The translations under genes were made by a program, and so were the position numbers. From Verrucomicrobiia bacterium (lineage in GTDB: Bacteria; Verrucomicrobiota; Verrucomicrobiia; Limisphaerales; UBA1319), in contig OY760937.1 of NCBI GenBank assembly GCA_963664225.1, forward strand, positions 928,001 through 992,000: 64,000 bases of DNA, read 5' to 3'. The notes under the pieces were generated by a model that saw nothing but the letters and a program-made list of their open reading frames with translations, was not told the DNA's origin and ran no database searches. Of the stretch, positions 58,700-64,000 are shown in pieces (positions within the stretch are counted from its first letter, which is position 1; each line of letters opens with the position of its first letter).

Positions 58700-59953
58700 C
58701 TATTTAGCCTGGACCAGACTGGGCATTGCCCACAACTCCTTGATCGTCGTCTCCGTATTGGAACCTTCGGGACAGGCGGCGCTGCGGGTGTTAGCCCAGT
58801 ACCAACGGGGCGCGCCCGGGGTGCCCGGGGTGATCACGCGGCTGCCCGGCATCTGCAGAAATCCATTGGTATCGTTCTTTCTGACCCAGTCCCACGCATA
58901 ACGCAGCCATTCATTGCGCTTGGCCTCCGGCTGAAGCGCGAACCAGGTGATTTCATCCCAGCCCCAGACAAAGTATGCTTTGCTGGGTTTGCCTGGATTG
59001 CTGCAACCGAAATTATCGAATTCAACGATGTATGGCAGATTCTTGCAGGACCAGCCACTGGGCGTGATGCCGCCTTTGCTCCTGAGGTAGATGGAATCCA
59101 CGTTGCCAACCTTGAGCACACCTTCGAACGGTTTATCGTCAACTTCGGCAATGCGCATGGGGAAGGAATGAAAATCGAAGAGCAATTTTTCTCCGAACAA
59201 ATAACCGCCGGTCGGCACATGGGCATCGCACACCAGGAAATGTCGGCGGGCATGTTGATGCGCGTAGGTTCGCACGTGGCTGAGCATGTCCCACCAATGC
59301 GCGTGGTCCTTGTCATTCCAATCCATGAGCCCCACCTGACCGAAATGGATGGCCTCGATTCCCGCGTCGATATAACTGGTCGCAAGGTGATAAAACCACA
59401 TGCGCGTCTCCAACCGGCTCATGTCCGGCACAGAGGAATCCTTGCCCCAGTGGTTCACCTGTCGTCCGTCCGCATAGATCATTTGGTCGTATTGGAAATT
59501 GCGATTGGTCACCGGCTGACCGAACGCAAGAAACACGCGTTCGGGAATGGTCTGGGTCTCCACGTTTTTGGTGATAATCTCGAACGCCCCTCCCTGCAGG
59601 ACGATGTCCGGATCGGCCTTGTGCAGCAGCTCCGCATAGGGCTTCGCAGTCTGCAAAAAGATGGGAAGGTTCTGCTCCCGGCCCCAGAGCAGGAATGCGC
59701 GCCCCACGAATTTGGCCTTGGTATTGAGAAGAAAACGGATGTTGTCGCGCGGATCCACTCCACGGCTGTTACGCGGTTTGGTCAAATCATCATGCAAAAG
59801 CTCTGTAAAGGAAATGGAGCGGGAGAGATAATTTTCCAGAACCACCCGGGTCATGCAGGAATCAAATTTAAAATCCTGTGAAAACCCCTGGATGCTCCAG
59901 AGCAACCACACCGCAATCATTAAACCCAATCGGATGATTTTCATTCGTTTCAT
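58700..59953 (-). CDS. Secreted hypothetical protein, possibly a TIM-barrel glycoside hydrolase
   Basis: Signal peptide; aromatic-rich; GIEAIHFGQ, YIVEFDNFG, WGWDEI motifs; family not recognised. Confidence 0.7.
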   Translation of the reverse strand: MKRMKIIRLGLMIAVWLLWSIQGFSQDFKFDSCMTRVVLENYLSRSISFTELLHDDLTKPRNSRGVDPRDNIRFLLNTKAKFVGRAFLLWGREQNLPIFLQTAKPYAELLHKADPDIVLQGGAFEIITKNVETQTIPERVFLAFGQPVTNRNFQYDQMIYADGRQVNHWGKDSSVPDMSRLETRMWFYHLATSYIDAGIEAIHFGQVGLMDWNDKDHAHWWDMLSHVRTYAHQHARRHFLVCDAHVPTGGYLFGEKLLFDFHSFPMRIAEVDDKPFEGVLKVGNVDSIYLRSKGGITPSGWSCKNLPYIVEFDNFGCSNPGKPSKAYFVWGWDEITWFALQPEAKRNEWLRYAWDWVRKNDTNGFLQMPGSRVITPGTPGAPRWYWANTRSAACPEGSNTETTIKELWAMPSLVQAK

Positions 59954-59980
59954 GGCAATCTGGAGTTGTTTGTCGGGTAA

Positions 59981-60538
59981 CTATGTTCCTTTGTGGGCTT
60001 GCTGCAAAATCCAATCCGCGGCGCCGGATAAATCATCCGCCACCAGCGCCCTCATTATGGCCTGCGGATCTTTCTTCTCGGTTTTAGTTCCGTAGCCCGT
60101 TCGCACCAAAATGCTTTTCTTCACACCCGCATTCCATCCGCATTCCAGGTCGATCAGCTTGTCCCCAATCATATAACTGCCGGACAAATCCACGCCATGG
60201 AAATCTCGCGCATCGAACAAAAACTGCGGGGACGGCTTGCGTCCGCGGCTGGGCTGGTCCGGGGCCTCCGGCGCAATGTAAATCTGCTTGAATCGGACCC
60301 CCTGTTTCTCGAATTCGCTCTCGAGATGCTGATGGACTTTGGCGACATCTTCCATCGTGAAATAACCGCGCCCGACGCCGGATTGGTTTGTCACCATGAA
60401 CAAAAGATAGCCCGCGTCCAAGAGGCGTTTTAGCGCGGGTGCCGTGCCGGGGATGATGACGACCTCCTCGGGCCGATGCAGATAATGCCTTTCCTCAATC
60501 AGGACCCCGTCACGATCCAAAAAAACAGCGCGGCTCAT
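59981..60538 (-). CDS. gmhB: D-glycero-D-manno-heptose 1,7-bisphosphate phosphatase
   Basis: FLDRDGV, VTNQSG..RG, RKPSP, IGD...D, VRTGYG; overlaps hldA. Confidence 0.9.
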   Translation of the reverse strand: MSRAVFLDRDGVLIEERHYLHRPEEVVIIPGTAPALKRLLDAGYLLFMVTNQSGVGRGYFTMEDVAKVHQHLESEFEKQGVRFKQIYIAPEAPDQPSRGRKPSPQFLFDARDFHGVDLSGSYMIGDKLIDLECGWNAGVKKSILVRTGYGTKTEKKDPQAIMRALVADDLSGAADWILQQAHKGT

Positions 60539-61548
60539 TTTCGCAGGTTAAAGCCTTCGAGCAATTCCTTGGGCGTGACTGTCGCGGTGCCGAATTTGCC
60601 AACCACAACCCCTGCGGCGTGATTGGAGAATATGGCCGCTTCGACGGGCGATGCGCCTGAGGCAATCGCGAGTGTGAACGACGCAATGACCGTGTCGCCC
60701 GCGCCCGAGACATCATAGACCTCGCGTGCCATGGTGGGAATGTGGAATGGCGCCTTACCGTGCCGGCAGAGGAGCATGCCTTGATCTCCGAGCGTGATTA
60801 ATAAAACGGCCGGTTTCAGATTTTGCAGAAGGCGGTCCGCCACGGCGAGCAGTTTGGGATCCTGGAGCGGATTGGTCGCGCGGCCATTCTCGACCATCCC
60901 GGCCAATTCGAACGCCTCCTTGCGGTTGGGAGTGATCAGCGATAGGCCCTGCAAATCGAGATGATGCACGGGTTTGGGGTCCATGCTCAACCAGATGCCA
61001 CGTTCCCGGCACCAGGTTTTGACGGTGTCCAGGAGCGCTTGTGTCACAACGCCTTTCCCGTAATCGCCCACGATGATGCCGTCCGCGTTGTCGAGATGAA
61101 CCCGCAATTGGGCCAGCAGGCGGCGCATGCCCGCATCATCCAGGTCCCCACGCGTTTCACGATCGACGCGCACCACTTGTTGCTGGCTGGCGATAATGCG
61201 TGTTTTAACGCTGGTCATGCGGTTGCGAATCGCCACCAGCCCGGAGCATCCCACGGAATTTTCGTTGAGAAGCGCCGTGAGTTGTTTGGCGGACGGGTCA
61301 TGGCCGAGCACGCCGAATAACTCCGTGTGCGTGCCCAATGCGGTAAGGTTGCGCGCGACGTTGGCCGCGCCACCTGGCATTGCGTTTTCATGGTCGAAAT
61401 CAACGATGGGCACCGGCGCTTCAGGCGAGATGCGGCTGACACGGCCCCACAGGAAACGGTCGAGCATCACATCACCAAGGACAAGAACACGGAGTTTTTG
61501 TGCGTCCGCAAGGAGTTGGCGGACGCGCGCCGCTTTGAGTGTGTTCAT
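60535..61548 (-). CDS. hldA: D-glycero-D-manno-heptose-7-phosphate kinase (RfaE domain I)
   Basis: GDVMLD...[34 protein letters not shown]. Confidence 0.92.
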   Translation of the reverse strand: MNTLKAARVRQLLADAQKLRVLVLGDVMLDRFLWGRVSRISPEAPVPIVDFDHENAMPGGAANVARNLTALGTHTELFGVLGHDPSAKQLTALLNENSVGCSGLVAIRNRMTSVKTRIIASQQQVVRVDRETRGDLDDAGMRRLLAQLRVHLDNADGIIVGDYGKGVVTQALLDTVKTWCRERGIWLSMDPKPVHHLDLQGLSLITPNRKEAFELAGMVENGRATNPLQDPKLLAVADRLLQNLKPAVLLITLGDQGMLLCRHGKAPFHIPTMAREVYDVSGAGDTVIASFTLAIASGASPVEAAIFSNHAAGVVVGKFGTATVTPKELLEGFNLRK

Positions 61549-62351
61549 GGCTGGTCCAAAAATGCGGTGAGCGGACTGGTGGGGTTTGCTTCGAAACTTT
61601 CCGACGCCATGCCGGTTTCAAAAGCCATGCGTCCGGCCTGAACTGCCAATTGGAACGCGGCCGCCATCCGGCAGGGATCGGAGGCGACGGCGATGGCCGT
61701 GTTGACGAGGACGGCGTCCGCACCCATTTCCATGGCCTCGGCGGCATGGCTTGGAGCGCCCAAACCGGCGTCCACGACCACGGGAACCGTTGCCTGCTCG
61801 ATGATGATCCGGATTTGGTCCCGCGTCAGGATTCCGCGATTCGAGCCGATGGGCGAACCCAGGGGCATGACTGTTGCCGCGCCCGCTTCCTGGAGGCGTT
61901 TGGCCAGCACGGGATCCGCGTTGATGTAGGGCAGTACCACGAAGCCTTCGCGGACCAGTATCTCAGTGGCCTTGAGGGTTTCTATGGGGTCCGGCAGGAG
62001 ATAACGCGGATCGGGATGAATCTCGAGTTTCACCCAGTTCGGCAATCCGGCCGCCTTGGCCAGCCGGGCCAGTCGCACGGCCTCTTCCGCATTCATCGCG
62101 CCGCTGGTGTTGGGCAGGATGAGATATTTTTGAGGATCGATGAACTCGAGGATGTTGGCAAAAGGATCTTTTTTGCCGGACAAATCCGCGCGGCGAAGTG
62201 CCACCGTCACCAATCCCGTGCCGCTCGCGGCACAGGCATCGCGCATGGCCTCCGGCGAGGAAAACTTGCCGGTCCCCAAAATCAGGCGGGATTGAAACTC
62301 GCGTCCGGCGATCATCAGCGGACGCGAACTTTGCATCGTGGAAAGGCGCAT
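61545..62351 (-). CDS. thiG: Thiazole synthase
   Basis: [44 protein letters not shown]; start 62351 or 62336. Confidence 0.96.
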   Translation of the reverse strand: MRLSTMQSSRPLMIAGREFQSRLILGTGKFSSPEAMRDACAASGTGLVTVALRRADLSGKKDPFANILEFIDPQKYLILPNTSGAMNAEEAVRLARLAKAAGLPNWVKLEIHPDPRYLLPDPIETLKATEILVREGFVVLPYINADPVLAKRLQEAGAATVMPLGSPIGSNRGILTRDQIRIIIEQATVPVVVDAGLGAPSHAAEAMEMGADAVLVNTAIAVASDPCRMAAAFQLAVQAGRMAFETGMASESFEANPTSPLTAFLDQP

Positions 62352-62380
62352 GGCGCTTGAAATAAGTCAAATATGCCGCG

Positions 62381-64000
62381 TTAACCGTTCTTTCCGCAGC
62401 ATTGTTTGAATTTCTTGCCGCTGCCGCAGGGACATGGATCGTTGCGACCGACTTTGGGGCCCGTGCGCACCGGTTTGGCCTTGGCAATCGCATCGCTGGC
62501 CTCGGTGACCATGTCGCTGGCTTTGTTGGCTCCGGCGCTGTCGGGGGCAGCGGCTTCAGCCACCACCGACCCATAGGCGGTGGCTTGCTGGTGAACCATG
62601 CTCTTGGGCAGGTTCCGCAGGAATTGCTCAAACGCCAGCAGACTGGAGGCGCTCAGGAAGATGTTGCGGCAGATTTCCGTCTTGATGCTGACCATCAATT
62701 CCTCGAAGGACTTGAACGCCTCCGCCTTGTATTCGATGAGCGGATCCCGCTGGCCGTAAGCGCGCAATCCAATCGAGTTGCGCAGGCTGTCCATGTAGTA
62801 CAAATGCTCCTGCCAGAGTTTGTCGATCGCGCTGAGTATGGTGTAGCGCTCGACATTCTTGATGGCCAGGGGATTCTCAAAACTGGCCTTGAGCTCATAG
62901 GCGTCTGAAACGCTCTTCGAGATGAGCGTGGTCACGGCAAATTGCGCCGGGCTCAGTCCATCATACAGGGAACCCTCAACTGGGGCTTCCTGCGCGGAGC
63001 GGGCCGTTTGGACGATATCCGACTCGCGAAGGCCCACCGGGAACGTGGTGTTCACCCAATCGGAGATGCCACGGACACTCCATCCGTCCACATCAGCAGT
63101 CGGGGAGGAGAGCAGGGCGATTTTCTGGACGACCACTTCTTCCATGATGTCCATGAGGCGTTCGCGCACATCGTCGCTGCGAATGATCTCATTGCGGAAG
63201 CCGTAGATGACTTCGCGCTGCTTATTCATGACATCGTCGTATTCGAGCGTGCGCTTGCGAATTTGGAAGTTGTGCTGCTCGACGCGTTTCTGAGCCGTCT
63301 GGATCGAACGGTTCAGCAGCGGATGGGTCAGCTCCTGGCCTTCTTCCAGACCGACGCGCTCCATGACTTTGCTGATGCGGTCCGAACCAAACAGACGCAT
63401 CAGATCGTCTTCCAGCGAGATGAAGAAATGGGAGGAGCCGGGATCGCCCTGGCGCGCGCAACGTCCGCGCAACTGGCGGTCAATGCGTCGGGATTCGTGG
63501 CGCTCCGTGCCCATGACGTGCAAACCGCCCAGGTCCGCAACGCCTTCGCCCAATTTGATGTCGGTGCCGCGTCCTGCCATGTTGGTGGCAATGGTCACGG
63601 CGCCCCGATGTCCGGCCCGCGAGACAATCTCCGCTTCCTGCTCGTGGAACTTCGCGTTCAGCACGGAATGGACGACGCCCGCTTTTTTCAACAGCCGGGA
63701 AAGGTGCTCGCTGGTTTCCACCGAAATGGTGCCGACCAGGATCGGGCGTCCTTTTTGGTGAATATCCGTGATCTCCTTGGTGACCGCGTCAAATTTTTCG
63801 CGCTTGGTTTTGTAAACCGCGTCGTTTCCGTCTTTGCGCGCAACGGGCTTGTTGGTCGGAATGACCAGGACGCCCAGTTTATAAATATCGAAGAACTCGG
63901 TCGCTTCGGTCTCCGCCGTGCCCGTCATGCCCGCCAGTTTGGCGTATAGGCGGAAATAGTTCTGAATCGTGATGGTGGCCAGCGTCTGGGTTTCGCGCTC
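62381..64000 (-). CDS. secA: Preprotein translocase SecA (5' part beyond the window end)
   Basis: [68 protein letters not shown]. Confidence 0.98.
   Translation of the reverse strand, partial: ERETQTLATITIQNYFRLYAKLAGMTGTAETEATEFFDIYKLGVLVIPTNKPVARKDGNDAVYKTKREKFDAVTKEITDIHQKGRPILVGTISVETSEHLSRLLKKAGVVHSVLNAKFHEQEAEIVSRAGHRGAVTIATNMAGRGTDIKLGEGVADLGGLHVMGTERHESRRIDRQLRGRCARQGDPGSSHFFISLEDDLMRLFGSDRISKVMERVGLEEGQELTHPLLNRSIQTAQKRVEQHNFQIRKRTLEYDDVMNKQREVIYGFRNEIIRSDDVRERLMDIMEEVVVQKIALLSSPTADVDGWSVRGISDWVNTTFPVGLRESDIVQTARSAQEAPVEGSLYDGLSPAQFAVTTLISKSVSDAYELKASFENPLAIKNVERYTILSAIDKLWQEHLYYMDSLRNSIGLRAYGQRDPLIEYKAEAFKSFEELMVSIKTEICRNIFLSASSLLAFEQFLRNLPKSMVHQQATAYGSVVAEAAAPDSAGANKASDMVTEASDAIAKAKPVRTGPKVGRNDPCPCGSGKKFKQCCGKNG

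Overview
A 64 kb window of a GC-rich bacterial chromosome. A Verrucomicrobiota (Pedosphaera-like) origin is inferred from gene content and repeat style and was not verified. The first ~30 kb is a glycan-utilisation region: a GH2-like gene, a CBM6-like protein, GH95 fucosidase, a beta-helix protein, a beta-mannan operon (SSS transporter, GH5, cellobiose 2-epimerase, GH130), GH5-ThuA, and GH78 and GH106 rhamnosidases. It carries an intact group II intron whose EBS1/EBS2 match one arm of an intergenic inverted repeat. The middle holds a small EPS cluster (capD-like, wza, wzc, ligase/polymerase) and a multi-PAS histidine kinase split by a complete IS110 element. The CT core, a circle-junction promoter and all four bridge-RNA guide segments of that element can be read from the sequence. 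The right part is mostly housekeeping and redox genes (parA, divergent ETF, Fe-ADH, menA, gmhB, hldA, thiG, partial secA). It also has an unexplained ~170 bp non-coding element in two diverged copies, each joined to a GTAG-type REP. Protein calls come from motif recognition by eye; no database searches were run.
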